Origin: Octopus sinensis
Taxonomy: Eukaryota
Direction: 5' to 3'
Length of the DNA: 64,000 nucleotides
Assembly (NCBI RefSeq): GCF_006345805.1
Contig: NC_043014.1
Location: 19,220,001 to 19,284,000 of the forward strand
Made by a program: the position numbers and the translations under genes. This document shows positions 1-56,686 of the stretch, in pieces (positions within the stretch are counted from its first letter, which is position 1; each line of letters begins with the position of its first letter). The notes under the pieces were generated by a model, which saw nothing but the letters and a program-made list of their open reading frames with translations, had not been told where the DNA came from and did no database searches.

Positions 1-228
1 CTTCTGAAAAATATAATAATGATTAATATTTTTCAATGCTATGGTGTATCAACATTTTAATAATCATTTATATATTCGTTATGCTTTGTAACAGAGATAG
101 GCAACTTTTGTGAGAAGCGGGCCGTATGAAATGTGAGTGATCATTAGTCGCGGGCCGCACAAGTAAAAACAATTCAAGATGATTTTTTACGTCAGCTGTG
201 CCATTCGGAAAGTCTTTCGGCCCATGGC

Positions 229-275
229 TGATTTATATCATCAACGTCGTCGTTGTCGTCGTTGTCATCGTTTTT

Positions 276-312
<37 letters not shown>

Positions 313-342
313 ACATCATCATCGTCTTCGTCGTCGTCGTCG

Positions 343-388
<46 letters not shown>

Positions 389-452
389 AATCATAATCAT
401 CATCATCATCATCATAATCATAATCATCATCATCATCATCGTCATCATTCAT
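229..452. repeat. (CAT/CGT)n trinucleotide tract
   Basis: Direct inspection. Confidence 0.97.
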
Positions 453-729
453 ACTAGCTGGACGTTTGTCGTATCGATCGAAATTTTATCTGTTTATTCG
501 TGTCTCCAAAACTTGTTAATTGTTTAATTTTGTTACAAAACGTTTGTTGATGCGACTAACATTGCACAGGCCTGGTCTGCTTGCCTGTTTGTTTCCCCTT
601 GCGGGGTTAAATTCGGAAACAAAATTTTCATTTCTTTTTCACGGAAAAATAATATTTAAAAGAAGCATGGTGATGTCTGCCCTGCTCGATGACATATAAT
701 AGGATGTCAGAGGTGGCTACCATAGTGAA

Positions 730-2060
730 TTGCAATACACGTCAGTGCCATTCGCTTCCAATCCTCAAATGCAAATGGAGGAAACCACTCACCAAGTTCA
801 GAGTCCAGTGGACTACATTACCACTATAATGACTAACAGCAGCAGCAACTGCAACGACAAAACAGCACGGGAATTTAATGCCAGCTATGAAATTGACTTC
901 CTCAATGAAATTGACAACACTGCAGGCATCAACCAACATAGTCTGCACCAACTTCATCACCACCACCGCTACAACAACAAAAAGTTTGTTTGAAGGAAAA
1001 GAGCAACAACAATGCAACACAAATGCAAATTTATTTCTGCAGCACAAATGCAAATTTATTTCCAACATGAATAGCAATAACAAGACTCAATACAATAACA
1101 ACAACAATGCATTCGCAGCAACGGTCGCTAAGGGTATTGAACTGTATAATATGGATATCCTACAAAAAGACAAGCCTGGCCCAAGTAACCAAATTAATGA
1201 AGCTGGAAAAATCACGGGCCTGAAAACCATCCCACCCGAGGTGTTGGCAGAAACACTAAAAAAAACAAACAAACAGTAAATGTTTTTCCATAAACAGAAA
1301 ATGGCCAGAGGCAGCTAGTCAGGCTAAAAGAAATAATGCTTCACATTCAATATATGTTCGCGCATTTCATTGCTCTTCAAGAGTGAAGTTGTGGTCGCCA
1401 AACACTCTGTGGTTCCGTTAGAGTAAAAATATGTTCCCCGTCAACCATATTTAGGAAGGCGGATGGTGAAAGGGAAGATCTCAGAAATTCCACCCGAGCT
1501 GAATATAGGATGGATTTTAGCTTGCGTTGTCTTGAAAGGGAATATCTGCCTCCTGGAAGTGAAGCGAACCCGTCATGAAAATTGGTCTCGGATCAGTGTG
1601 GAGGTGCTATTCAACATCAATCCAGACATAATCCACAATATCCTAGACCATTTTCGCTTTCGGGAGGGGGGGGGTTTCATGATATAGTTGAGGATAGAAG
1701 GCTTCAGTACCAAATTTTTGGAAAGACAGGTCACTTGAATGCTTTTTGCCTTCAACGTAAAACAGAGAACTATCTTACTGATAACATCAGATCCCCAAAG
1801 AAACAACAAAATCGTCAGCGAACAATGACAAAAGCGGCACCAATCCCTGCAAGAGCGGCAACCTCAACGTAAGGAACATCAAAATCAGCAACTGCTGGAA
1901 GGACACCAGCACAAGTAACAACTGAAACACCAGCAACAACACCAGCAGCAGATGCACTATTATTTCTTCAACAGCAGAAAGAAAAATGACGCACACATAC
2001 TCTCTGTCAACGAAGTTCTCCTCTCCTTCTTTCCATTTTTTCTATACTCAAATGCACACT
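730..2060 (+). mobile_element. Degenerate gag/ORF1-like element with CCHC-knuckle remnant (L1/Tx1-type ORF1?)
   Basis: VEDRRLQYQIFGKTGHLNAFC resembles CX2CX4HX4C; Asn/Thr-rich N-terminus; broken frames. Confidence 0.55.
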
Positions 2061-2089
2061 TAAATAAACTTTTGTAAAGTAAAGCATCT

Positions 2090-2673
2090 AATATTGGGTT
2101 TGAAGATCACACATTATTTTCAGATCCAAGAATTTCCACCACACTACTTAATTCCAGATCCAAAAGTTTCGGCAAATGCAAGCATATGTACAAAATTCTT
2201 TTGTCGAATTGGGGGACATCACCCTCTCCAAACGGAGCAGCTGTCCCTCGGACATTGGTTATGGTCGAAGAAAAGGTAACTCTAATTTCTTTCTTTCTTT
2301 CCTTTCAAATTCCATTTATTATATCTTTTACTATTTATTCCACTTTTTTCATTGACCTTCTCGTTTTTTACTGTGGTTTCTCATGAACCAGCGTTCTGTT
2401 TTTCAAATAGAACAAATCATGTACTCAGAGCCTCAAGATTGCTTGGAAATACAAGGCACATTTAAAACCCTGCCTGCCAACGTGTCCCAGTGGTAAGAAA
2501 TTATAACCGATTCTTATTGTAATACAATGTACTTTGAATTGATATTGATCTCCAACTGGATGTAGTACCTTTTCTGTTGATCCTAACAGTAAACTAGGAT
2601 ATACATATACATAAATATATACATACATTCACACATACATATATACATACAAACTATCTCTCTCTCTCACTCT

Positions 2674-2709
<36 letters not shown>

Positions 2710-3260
2710 GGCGTAATTTAATGACCACAGTTTTTACATAAGTGTTACTAACAACTTTTGCCATGCAATCTTCAGTCTTAGGGAACATGACAAGTTCTAT
2801 TATTTAAGGAACAAAATATAAACAGATCCCAGAATTCTGCCACAGCGCTTAATTCCAGACCTGAAATTTTCAGTAAATGCAAGCACATGAACAAATTTCT
2901 TTTCTTCGAACTAGAGAACACTACCCTCTCCGAAATGACCAGCGGTTTCGCAGACTCCGCACCGTGGAATTATTCTGCACCATTTAGATTAGTTATTTCT
3001 GCGGTTAAAAGTGATGTAACTCTTAATTTACCTTCTTTTCTTTCGTTTCTTTTCCGGTTTATTTACTCTTTGTCTTCTCATTCTACTTTTTGCATCAGCC
3101 TTCTGATTTTTCTTTCTCGTGGTTTCTGAGGTACCAATATCCTGGTTTTCAAATAGAATTAACCTTGTACCTTGATCCTGAATATTTTTTGGAGACAGGA
3201 AAGTTATATACCTAATTACGATATCTTCATGCCAAGAAATTATTAGCAGCTCTTATTCTA
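2090..3260. repeat. Diverged tandem pair of ~500-bp segments
   Basis: gatcc.agaatt..cttaattccaga..aaatgcaagca and ttttcaaatagaa blocks occur at 2120-2460 and 2825-3200. Confidence 0.6.
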
Positions 3261-3353
3261 AAACTGAGTTCATTAATTGGTTTTTCTCTCTTACTGAATG
3301 GAGTGCTTTTTCTGTTCATCCTATCTTAACGAAACAGTATAGTATACATACAT

Positions 3354-3467
<114 letters not shown>

Positions 3468-3599
3468 GTATATCATACTTACATGTATACATTCGTATAT
3501 ACGCAATGTTTGTTGATTTTAGCGAATATTATTGTCAACACTTATCGCAATATAACTGACACATTTTTTATTAAATGCAATAATCAAGAAATATGTTTT

Positions 3600-4450
3600 C
3601 ACCGTATATAATTGTCAAATGATCGTCTGCATGACGCACCAGAATAATCTATTTTGTCAGTAATTCCTTTTCTCTGCGCCTATCTAAGCATGATTTGACT
3701 TGTCAATGTTATTATCGTTTAGTATAACTTCAGCGACACAACCTGATTAGCATATGAATGGTTTCCTTGACAAGTTCAATTTATCAGCATTTTTTACCCT
3801 CTAGAGCAACAAACATCCGATTTAGTATATTCTTTTAGCGACAGATCCGTTAAGACTTCTGGATAAGTCAACGAGGTTTTATTTATGCTAAAGAGATTCC
3901 AATGAAATTCGAAACGCGTATGATCCTGTTGCCTGGATGAAAAAATTAATTCCGAATAATCGACTAATTCTGATTTGTGCTTCTTCACAACATATCTCAA
4001 AATAATTTGGCTTTGTAATGTAATGGCGATTATATATATAACCTCTTATATAACTGTTTTAGAGTCATGCTGACGGATTTCTAAACAAAGTTATATTGCT
4101 TAGTCGATGTCAACATATACACTATATAATGCTTACTTAGAAAATGTGTCAGAAAACCCTCAGCTAAGTTATTAAGCGAGAGTAAAATTTCACCGCTGTA
4201 TTCTGATAATTGAATGCTTGTGTTACATCGCTGTTTCATTATCATCGGATGGCAACTCATATTAATTTGATTTATCAGCATGTACTTGATTCTACACCGA
4301 CGCATTTAAGATTTAACAGAGAAACATAATCCAGAGCGATTGATGGTGCTATGCTTGTATTATTTGGGAAAATCGCCAGAGAGAGTACAGTGAAATTGCT
4401 TGGGGTGTGGGTATCCAACGTTTCGCATCGAGTCCTTCTTCAGAGTAAAG
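3600..4450. mobile_element. Degenerate Penelope-like fragments in mixed orientation
   Basis: KHKSELVDY...HW (minus), LNKVILLSRCQH (plus, ~4081-4115), decayed hammerhead nearby. Confidence 0.35.
4417..4446 (-). ncRNA. Decayed hammerhead core
   Basis: CUGAAGA-AGGAC-UCGAU-GC-GAAACGUU; stem II broken, stem I poor. Confidence 0.4.
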
Positions 4451-4699
4451 ACGACAGCAGAAGAATGTAAGAAAACAGGAGAGTTTTAAGTCCTCTCTAT
4501 TAGAGAAACTGACGGGCAATGATTAAATATTGACTTGTTTACGATTCAGTAAGTTATAGTAAACATTTTATTTATAGCGTCTATAGCTTCATTTATAAAC
4601 GTCTAATGAATTCATTAGATACTGCAATAATATAAGGGAATATAATGATGACAAGACGCATAGGTGCTAAGGTGTATGTCGTGCATACTATTATAAAAT

Positions 4700-5085
4700 G
4701 AGCAACTGTGAGGAAAGAAGCTTGTTTCCCAACCACATGCGGGGCAACTTAGGGAAATGTCTTCTACTATAGCTTCAGGCCGTCCAAAACCGTGTGAATT
4801 GACTCCATAGACGGTAACAGAAAGAAGCTCTATGTATATGTGTGTGTGTGTGTGTTTGACTTTGTGCCTATGTTTGCCACCTCCCATCATTACCACCACT
4901 TGACAACCAGTGTTGGTTTACGCTCTAGTAATTTAGCAGTTAAAACAAAAGATACCGGTAGATGAAGCACCAGGCTTTAAAAAAGTACTGGAGTCGATTC
5001 GTTCGACTAAAAATTCTCCCACGCGCTGCCCCAGCATGTCTGCAATCCATTGCCTGAAACAAGTAAAAGATGAAATACAAAAAGA
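4700..5085 (+). mobile_element. tRNA-derived SINE, family A (degenerate)
   Basis: Head, (TG)n middle and cagcatg..ctgaaacaagtaaaaga tail shared with other copies. Confidence 0.8.
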
Positions 5086-5087
5086 TA

Positions 5088-5339
5088 TACTCTTTTACTT
5101 GTTTCAGTCATGTGATTGTGGCTATGCTGGAGTAGCGCCTTTAGTCGAACAAATCGACCTCAAGACTTATTCTTTGTAAGCCTAGTACTTATTTTATGGG
5201 TCTCTTTTGCCGAACCGGTAAATTACGGGGATGTAAACACACCAGTATCGGTTGTCAAGCGATGTTGGGGGTACAAACACAGACACACATATATATATAC
5301 ACACACATACATACATAATACATACACACACACACACAT

Positions 5340-5370
<31 letters not shown>

Positions 5371-5537
5371 CACGACGGGCTTCTTTCTGTTTACATCTAC
5401 CAAATCCACTCACATGGCTTTGGTCGGCCCGAGGATATAGTAGAAGGCACTTGCTCAAGGTGCCATGCAGTGGGTCTGAACCCAGAACCATGTGGTTCGT
5501 AAGCAAGCTACTTACCACACAGCTACTTCTACGCCTA
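5088..5537 (-). mobile_element. SINE family A, full length, tail-to-tail with previous copy
   Basis: Reverse complement of ggcgtaggagtggctgtgtggtaagtagcttgc head; conserved tail. Confidence 0.88.
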
Positions 5538-5989
5538 CAGCTATGTAAGTAAATAAACAATAAGTTGTTGTTCGAGCTTCATTTTTCTGATATCATCCGA
5601 TAACATTTTTCTGTTATCATCCGATAAAGGCATCATCCCTTTTTATTTTGATAAAACATACTAAAAGTGCTAAAATCAGGAGCCTGTATCTATTCAATAA
5701 GTGTTACGTCCGGACATGTATAGTGATCAGAGCTGGAGAGAAATGCCATTAAGCATAACAGCACAAAAACTCAAGAACAACAAAGAGAAAACACCAATAA
5801 ACAATGACATTTTTATTTACATGACAACTTTACATTATATGGAGGTTGTGAAAAAATGGTGTATGTCTAAGCATGTGTGTGAATGTGTGCATGTATGTGT
5901 GTGTGTTAATGTGTGTGCATACACACGTGTATTTACAAATTTTGGTTGCTTGACAGACAGTGATTCACATAATCTCGTAATGGGTGTCA

Positions 5990-6870
5990 TTATGTCTTTG
6001 TGAAGACTTTATGGTGGGATTCTTGAGTTTCCTTGCTGTTGCGATAGTTGTTTGTGTGTATTTGTTTTGTTCTTGAGTGTTGTTGGCGTGTTTTATTCAT
6101 GTGTTTAGATGCTATTGTTCCTTGTGCCTGTGTATTTGTGTATGTACAAAATGGCGATCTTTATATGTATCACATACTTTAAAAAAAATTATTCCGTCTA
6201 GATAGGCAATACCTCCATCAGAATTTATCTTGCAGCTTGTTAGTTGTTGAATCTGAATCCCAAGTCAGTAGCGGTCAAACACACCTATGGTCACAAACTC
6301 TCAAATTTAAGAATCCTGAATCCTCAACGGTAAACAGAACTACATTATCCGCCACGTTCTTTAACGAAACAGGTTGTAGGATTTAATTTGGGAGAACCAT
6401 GGCTGCAACTTTCTGTTGGTCGATCGATCGCGCAAATTGTTACTAGTTGACTCGTGTAAATTATTGCTGTTATTGTTGTTGTTGTAGTGGTGGTGTTAGA
6501 TGAGTTAGAGGTGTGGATGGTTTTCGTATTTTTCTGTTGTGCTGATGCAGATGATGTTGATATTGCTTCTGTTTCTTTTGTTGAGAACACTGTTCTGTAG
6601 ATTGATGCCAATATTTTTAAAAGTTTTTATTTGTTGTTGATGATGATGTTGTTTTGATTGTATTTATTGATGATGTTGATGCAAATACTGATGATGTGTA
6701 TACTGAGCATGGTGATGAATATGATGTTTGTGGTGATTATGATGTTGTTGTTGACATTATTTGCCATATATCTGATGATATTTTTGTTCATCAAACATCT
6801 CATATTTTCATCTTTTGGCTTCGTGTGTCTTTACATTTGTAAAAAAAAAGTAAAAATCAAATAAAACAAA
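5990..6870 (-). mobile_element. Possible third ORF1-like copy
   Basis: Similar Asn/Thr/Gln-rich composition and an ILMEVL-like patch; weak. Confidence 0.25.
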
Positions 6871-7110
6871 CTCACCAAAACAAAAAAAACAATAAAATAT
6901 AACAGTGAGAGTGACATCCCCTCCTTAACATTTTATACCATTCTCTTCATATAAGAGTACAAAAATGTAAATGTCTTCATAGTCTTTTGGATTTTGCAAA
7001 GACCGTTTTCAAAGTCCCGGTTCATATAGCATTAAACACATGAAAAATCAATCGATTTATCCAATAGATTGATAGAAAGATAGTGAGAGACAGACAGACC
7101 AACAGCTGTA

Positions 7111-7190
<80 letters not shown>

Positions 7191-7443
7191 TGTATATACA
7201 CGTATATATATATATACATATACATACATATATGTGTATGTGTGAGAGAGAGAGAAAGAGAGAGAGAGAGAGTAGCGAGATAGATGGAGAGGTGGATAAA
7301 TATACCGGTAGGTAGACAGATGCCTTAGTCCTTTGTAATAAGTTTGAACTGACGCTTATGGAATATACATATATATTCACAAACTCACCCCAAACCCGGT
7401 CTACATATACAAACATACATACATACACACACATATATATATA

Positions 7444-7480
<37 letters not shown>

Positions 7481-7495
7481 TATATATATATATAT

Positions 7496-7551
<56 letters not shown>

Positions 7552-7905
7552 ATTTCCCTTTCAACGTTAATAATACATTCATATTAATGATATCCTAACG
7601 ACGTCATACATAGATAATTGCATGTTCTTTGGTTGAAGATCGGTAACATTAAACAGCTTATTTGCATAATAATAATAATAATAATAATAATAATATACAA
7701 TTTATTGTTATTATTAGTTGCATTATTATCTGCATATTAAGAATATAACGTATGCCTATATAACTATTAACATAAATTATAAGCACATACACTCTTAGTC
7801 GAATATCTTGTTTTTTTACAGCTCATCTACTCTGACTGCCCCTCTCTCTCATTCTGATATGCTTCTTCCCCTCTCTTTCTCATGTGCCTCTCTCACTCTG
7901 TGTGC

Positions 7906-7941
<36 letters not shown>

Positions 7942-8849
7942 CCGCTTCTTTCTTTTTTTTTTCTTTAATGTCCCTTTCACCCATCTATCTGTCTGTCACA
8001 TCATACTTAACTTTCATACTTCATCTTTGCAAAGTCCGCCCTACCGAGTCATAGATTCCATTAAAACTGCTGTACAGTAAGGGTCCTGTGAATATTACAT
8101 ATTTGCTTCACAATGAAGCCCAGCTACAAATCATATAATTTCTTCATGATTAACATAGCAAGCATTTGAATTATATGGATTGACTGATCGATCTTACGCT
8201 GATATTTTCATATATTCATATGTTCAACTCGTCGTGTGAACATCTGCTCATATCTTCATATGTTCACTGCAATTTGTTCATTGGATAATTTGGTGTGTTT
8301 ATGTTGTTTATTTTGCACATGTTGATAGGTGTTCATTTATTCAAACAAACATACTTCCATGTCTTTTTATATTTATATGTATTAAATGTTCATGGGCCCA
8401 AGCGTTTATATGAACACGCTGCTCGTGTGTTCACGTTGTTCATCTATTCATTATGTGAGCATGGCGTCAAATATTCATAAGATGTTTTGTACCAGTAACT
8501 TGTAATAATTAACTTATGTATCAATCGTGTCTCTTGAGACATTTATGTGGGCATTTGTTAATATATTTATTAACCTGCAGTTCACCATTAGTAAACCTGC
8601 TGTTAAACATTTGTTCACCATGTAGATGTGTTGAAATATTGAAGTGATCCTGAGCTCTATTTCCCCGCTCTGGTTTATTTACCATCGAATGAGATCAAAT
8701 ATACATTGGTCCGTACATAGGTTTCTATCGACAGACTTTCATCCCAATAAATGAAGAAGCATTTCAAGCGTTTGCTTGAAAATTTGATTCAATGTCTTCG
8801 CATTTAGTTTGAAATTGTTCACGTTATACAGTCATTTCATTTATGTACA

Positions 8850-9078
8850 CACAAACATACATTGATAATATATATGTCAATATATATATATGTATATATA
8901 TAAATGTATGTGTATATAAATGCATGTATGTATATTATGTATATATGGACACATATACACACACACATCTATATATATATATATACATACATAGATACAT
9001 ACATACACACATACATACATAATACAGATATATATATGTATATATAGATTTATATATATATATGTATATATATATGTG

Positions 9079-9155
<77 letters not shown>

Positions 9156-9621
9156 TATATATATATATACATTAATATGCAAATTTTTTGTCACTATAGT
9201 TTTTCATGTATTCGAGTGTATATAAAATCAGGCGTTAAAATTACAGCACCAGGTCAAAACTTGTGACATTTTTAGAAGATGAGCTATCGTATTCATGTAT
9301 CAGTGTGCCCTCTTTTCTTTCACTTAGAGTACTCGTATGAATATACATTCGAAATTAATGTTTTCCTGTATTTGCATCAGTTGCTCAAGACTTCACCTAA
9401 TCTGGATTCCTTTGGATATGTGTTCTTGTGCTAAACACATTGGAAAATGAAACCCGTTTTCTGGGGGAGAAATTTTATCATTTTGTCTTCTTAAAAATGT
9501 AATACAACAAAACAATTAACATTGAATTTTCACTTACGATACGTTTGAATTTTCCAAAACAACTGGGCACATTTAAGAGTTATCAAACTGCAAATAGAGA
9601 GTAAATTAGGCACAGAGGGCT

Positions 9622-9671
<50 letters not shown>

Positions 9672-9699
9672 CACATACATATATATATATGTATGTATG

Positions 9700-9781
<82 letters not shown>

Positions 9782-10502
9782 ATATATATACATATATATA
9801 CACGCACACACACACACATATATGTATATGTATATACATACATGCATATATATATACATATATACGTATATAGATATATAGATGTGTATGTGTATATATT
9901 AGTATATAGATCTATCTATATGTATATGTATATATGAATATATATATATATACATATATATGTATATATATTTATATATATATATATATACACAGAGTTA
10001 CAGACATGTACACACACACAAAGATGTATATATATATACATATGTATACGTGCATATATACATATACATGTGCATATATAATTACGTATATATTTATAAA
10101 TATGTACGAATATATATATATATGAACACATATATATGTATACATACATATATATATATAAACACATATATATATATATAAGATATATACATCCGCATAC
10201 GTTACATACAGGCGTGTATGTGTAACTGCGTGCGTTTTGATTATGCATGTATGTGTATAGATATGAATATTATATATCTATATCCACCTGTATGTATATG
10301 TTTGTGTAGGTTTGTATGTTCAACAATAAATCTATGTATGCATGTAGTATATAATAAATGTACAATCCGCGCGTCGTACAAAAAAAAAACGAATTTCTAT
10401 AATTTTTATATATGGCGATATAAATAAAATGTCCATCGTAAATATACAAATATCACTCACACACGCAGGTATATATGTATATGTGTATACATATACATAC
10501 AT

Positions 10503-10559
<57 letters not shown>

Positions 10560-10725
10560 CGCACACATATGTATATACATATATATATATATTCATACAC
10601 ATACAAACGTGTATTTGCGTACATATACAAATATATACATATTTGTATATATGACAGGTATATGGTATATATGTATATATAAATTATATATATACATATA
10701 TATATGTGTGTGTGTGTATTTGTAA

Positions 10726-10758
<33 letters not shown>

Positions 10759-11090
10759 AATAATTATATACATTTGCTTATTTAGATATGTATACATATG
10801 CTTATATACATATACGTACATTATATATATACATATACTTACATATATAGCGCGTAGTAGTTTGATAATCTTCTCGATTGCAATTAGCCGAAATAAGTAA
10901 TTAATAATATGATGGAGAGTGGAATAACTTCATTCATTCAAGTCTTAGAATGAATAAATACATATGTTTGCATGTGTATAAATATATACATGCATATATA
11001 TGTATGTATATATATGTATATATATGTGTGTTTTTATATATATGTATATTTATATTTATGTATATGTATATATAAATCATGTATGTGTAC

Positions 11091-11139
<49 letters not shown>

Positions 11140-11665
11140 TATAAGGTAACGAATTGAAATTGTACGATATGTGGAATTCCATGTTAGATACTTGTGTGTC
11201 TTTGTGTGTTCATATGTATGAATATAAAACATACATATATATAAGCCCATATTATGTATGTATATATGTATGTACATATATATGTAAATGCATTATAATG
11301 TGTGTGTATTTGTATATCTGTGTGCTTGAAATTATTTCTGTGGAACTATATGTATTCGTATACGTAGTTTTTATTCGTATAAAATAATCATCTGGTGTAA
11401 ATCTGTAGATATAAGTGTGTATAATAGTTTGTATAGAATGGTGTACAAAGTCAACACAGCCATAGTGTATGTGGTTTTAAAACATACATGTTTAAGGTAT
11501 TTTACAAAATATATATGCACATGTATATATGCATTTATATATCTATATATGTATATTCCAATCAGTAAAGTTATATTGGCATATAAGAATGTAGTATATA
11601 TATATATATGTGTGTGTGCATATATATGTATATGCATATGTGTGTTTGTTTCTATATATGTATGC

Positions 11666-11737
<72 letters not shown>

Positions 11738-11769
11738 TATGTATATATATATATATACATATATATGTA

Positions 11770-11806
<37 letters not shown>

Positions 11807-11810
11807 GTAC
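8850..11810. repeat. Long mosaic of (TA)n/(CA)n/(TATG)n microsatellites
   Basis: Direct inspection; source of many spurious Y/I ORFs. Confidence 0.95.
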
Positions 11811-12115
11811 TGATTGGTAAATTATTTTCAATTTTTCATTTTCTTCAATTGCCGATTTCATCTAATGTCTCTTGGGAATGTTCTGGAGGTACTGTGTACC
11901 TCGCTTCAAACAGTATCAATAATAATAATAATAATAATAATAATATAATAATAATAATAATAATAATAACAATAATAATAATAATAATAATAATAATAAC
12001 TGCTGATACTATTGTTATCAATAGTTATATTAATACTATTCATATTATGTTTATTATTAATATGAGGATAATAACGATAATGCCCGTTCATATTTCACTG
12101 GATTCCGCGTTATTC

Positions 12116-12331
12116 TCAGTCAGTCTCTTTATCAATATTAATTTTTTCTTCACTCTGGTTTATTGCAACGGTTTTGGTTTCAGAATCCGTTCCGTCAATA
12201 TTATTAAACTTAGAGATAACATCCATTTCTTCGGGTGTGTTTTTTCCTTCTTCAATTGGGTCAGGGAATTGCTTTTGGTAGAAAATGCTGTTCAGCTTCC
12301 CTTGATTTCGCTGAACAGCGGGTGGTAATTG
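12116..12331 (-). CDS. Putative readthrough/recoded C-terminal extension, 71 aa ([20 protein letters not shown]...[11 protein letters not shown])
   Basis: In frame directly after TGA, context TGA CAA TTA, open to a second TGA at 12118-12116; AATAAA at 12055-12050 downstream. Confidence 0.5.
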   Translation of the reverse strand, partial: QLPPAVQRNQGKLNSIFYQKQFPDPIEEGKNTPEEMDVISKFNNIDGTDSETKTVAINQSEEKINIDKETD

Positions 12332-54536
<42,205 letters not shown>

Positions 54537-54989
54537 CTATAAATATAAAGAAAAGAAGGCAATGGGCATGAATAATTGATTATAAACGTACTGAGTGTCT
54601 GAACACAAATAAAAAATTATTATATAACACGTAACGTGATTGTCCCTGACATGTTAGCAACATAAGCCGAGCATTTAGTAGATATACTGTTACCTATGAA
54701 TACAGATTGGCTAAGTTTTAAGATACAATTTCATGAGACTTAGCGTAAATTATTCCTTACTACTAAGGTTTGATTAGCTGAGTAATTACGGTAGTATGTA
54801 TGGTTTCCTAGTATGATTTATAACTGATGTATGAATTCGTATATTGATTTATTACTGCATCAATCACACCAATTGCGGAAGCTCGTAAACAACGCAAGTA
54901 CTGTCCCATTGCCACTCCTTTCAACGACTTATTACAACAGAATGTGTACGATATTTTTACAGACACAGACACACAATCACAATCAAACA

Positions 54990-55166
54990 CACACAGACAC
55001 ACACACACCACACACACGCACGCACACACACGTGGCTTCCCATACACATGTTTTCGGATTCAGTCCCACTGCGTGGCAACTTGCGTAAGTGTTGTCAAGC
55101 ATAACCTTGGGTCGATTAAAGCTTTGTGGGTGGGTTTGGTAGATGGAAACTGAAAGAAGCCTCTCG

Positions 55167-55226
<60 letters not shown>

Positions 55227-55345
55227 TATATATGTATATGTATATATTTAAGCGACCGTGTCTTTCTGCCTGTGTTACCCCCACTACCATCACTTGACAA
55301 CCAACGTTAGTGTGCAATTGACTTAACCTTTCCCTCCAAATTTCA
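54990..55345 (+). mobile_element. SINE family A copy
   Basis: ggattcagtcccactgcgtggc...gaaactgaaagaagc, (TA)n, cacttgacaacc tail; further pieces at 45870-46080, 58490-58590 and 59310-59420. Confidence 0.75.
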
Positions 55346-55559
55346 AACATGCCAGGCGAAATGCTTAGCGGCACTTCGCCCGTCTTTACGCCCTGAGTTC
55401 AAATGCCACCGAGGTCGACATTGCCTTTCATCCTTTCGAGATCGATAAATTAAGTACCAGTGATACACTGGAGTAGATGTTATCAAGTAGACCCCTCCCA
55501 TGAATTTCAGGTCTTGTGCCTGTAGCAAAAAGGATATTTTTCTCTTTATCACAGGTTTT

Positions 55560-56050
55560 CTCTTTATTACAGGTTTTGTTGGAGCCCCTGGAGTCTTGCA
55601 TACGTAGTGGGCTTACTACCTGCTGCCTGGGGTACAATGCTATTCGTTCTTGCGAGTTATCTGAAACTTTCCTGATAATACTAGCTGTGCCAAGGAGGCA
55701 AACCTTTTGTTACAGTTCTATTGGGCACTGTATTCTCGTTTCCTTTATATTCCCCTTGATGCCTTCTGATACTGTTCCCAAGGACCCAACAATAATTGGC
55801 ACTGTCTTCACCTTCTTCATTTTCCTTATCCGGGCTACTTCGTACTTAAGAAGGTTTGCACCTTGTCCACCACCACTAGCTCCGGTCTCTTATGCTCTAG
55901 CAGCTGATCTATTGCGATTGGGAAATCCCACAGGATCTTGCTAGTCTCCGACTCCGCAGCCTTGTGCGGTTTGTGCTCATCCCACGTCCTTCCTCTCTCT
56001 AGCCCCCACTTTTTACACAGTTTATAGTGTAGCACTTTCTCTACTTGGTC
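55560..56050 (-). mobile_element. R4/Dong-like 3' fragment
   Basis: LHYKLCKKWG...W.EHKP...KILWDF.I..D..LEHKRPELVVVDK. Confidence 0.85.
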
Positions 56051-56416
56051 GTTTCGCTACAACCTGTAGTGGTTTGGGGCATGTCTAGGGCATTCGTTTG
56101 TAATATAGGCAATGGTTTCATCGACTCTATTGTAGATGTGGCACAGCGGAAACACATGCTAATTCATAAGGTTGACACTCCATTTCGCCCATCGCTACGT
56201 GCTGAGTTCAAATTCTGCCGAGGTCGACTTAGCCTTTCATCCTCTTGAGTTCGATAAAATAAGTACCAGTTGTTCACTGGTTTCCATGTAATTGACTTTC
56301 CCACCTACTTCGAAACTGCTAGCCTTGTGCTAAATTATTAATTCTATACATTCATTATAATGAATTAAGTACATTTCTCTGAAGTTCGTATAAAGAATTA
56401 TACTTGCCCGCGTGAT

Positions 56417-56419
<3 letters not shown>

Positions 56420-56465
<46 letters not shown>

Positions 56466-56637
56466 ACGCACACATATCTTACTGTTAATAATCACTAACA
56501 ATATAATTATATACTCATATTTTGAGTTCAATTTTCCTATTACATTGCCAATCCTATACCCACATATACGCACATATATAATACACATCCTATTCATATA
56601 TATTACACACAGTCACACACATACATATGTATATATA

Positions 56638-56686
<49 letters not shown>

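Noticed and set aside
179-527. Poly-His/Asp/Ile/Met ORFs
   Set aside because: Translations of the (CAT)n microsatellite in different frames; no domain or splice support.
8200-8800. C2H2 zinc-finger cluster
   Set aside because: No CxxC/HxxxH spacing or TGEKP linkers in the frames I read.
9185-9625. Possible non-autonomous DNA transposon
   Set aside because: Looks like an interspersed repeat, but I could not establish TIRs, a TSD or a second copy.
7022-11820. Many YI/CV/HT-rich ORFs
   Set aside because: (TA)n and (CA)n tracts lack stops in some frames; not genes. The same applies to similar ORFs throughout the window.
11417-12328. 303-aa plus-strand ORF
   Set aside because: Mostly microsatellite, and its 3' part is antisense to the RhoGEF 3' end.
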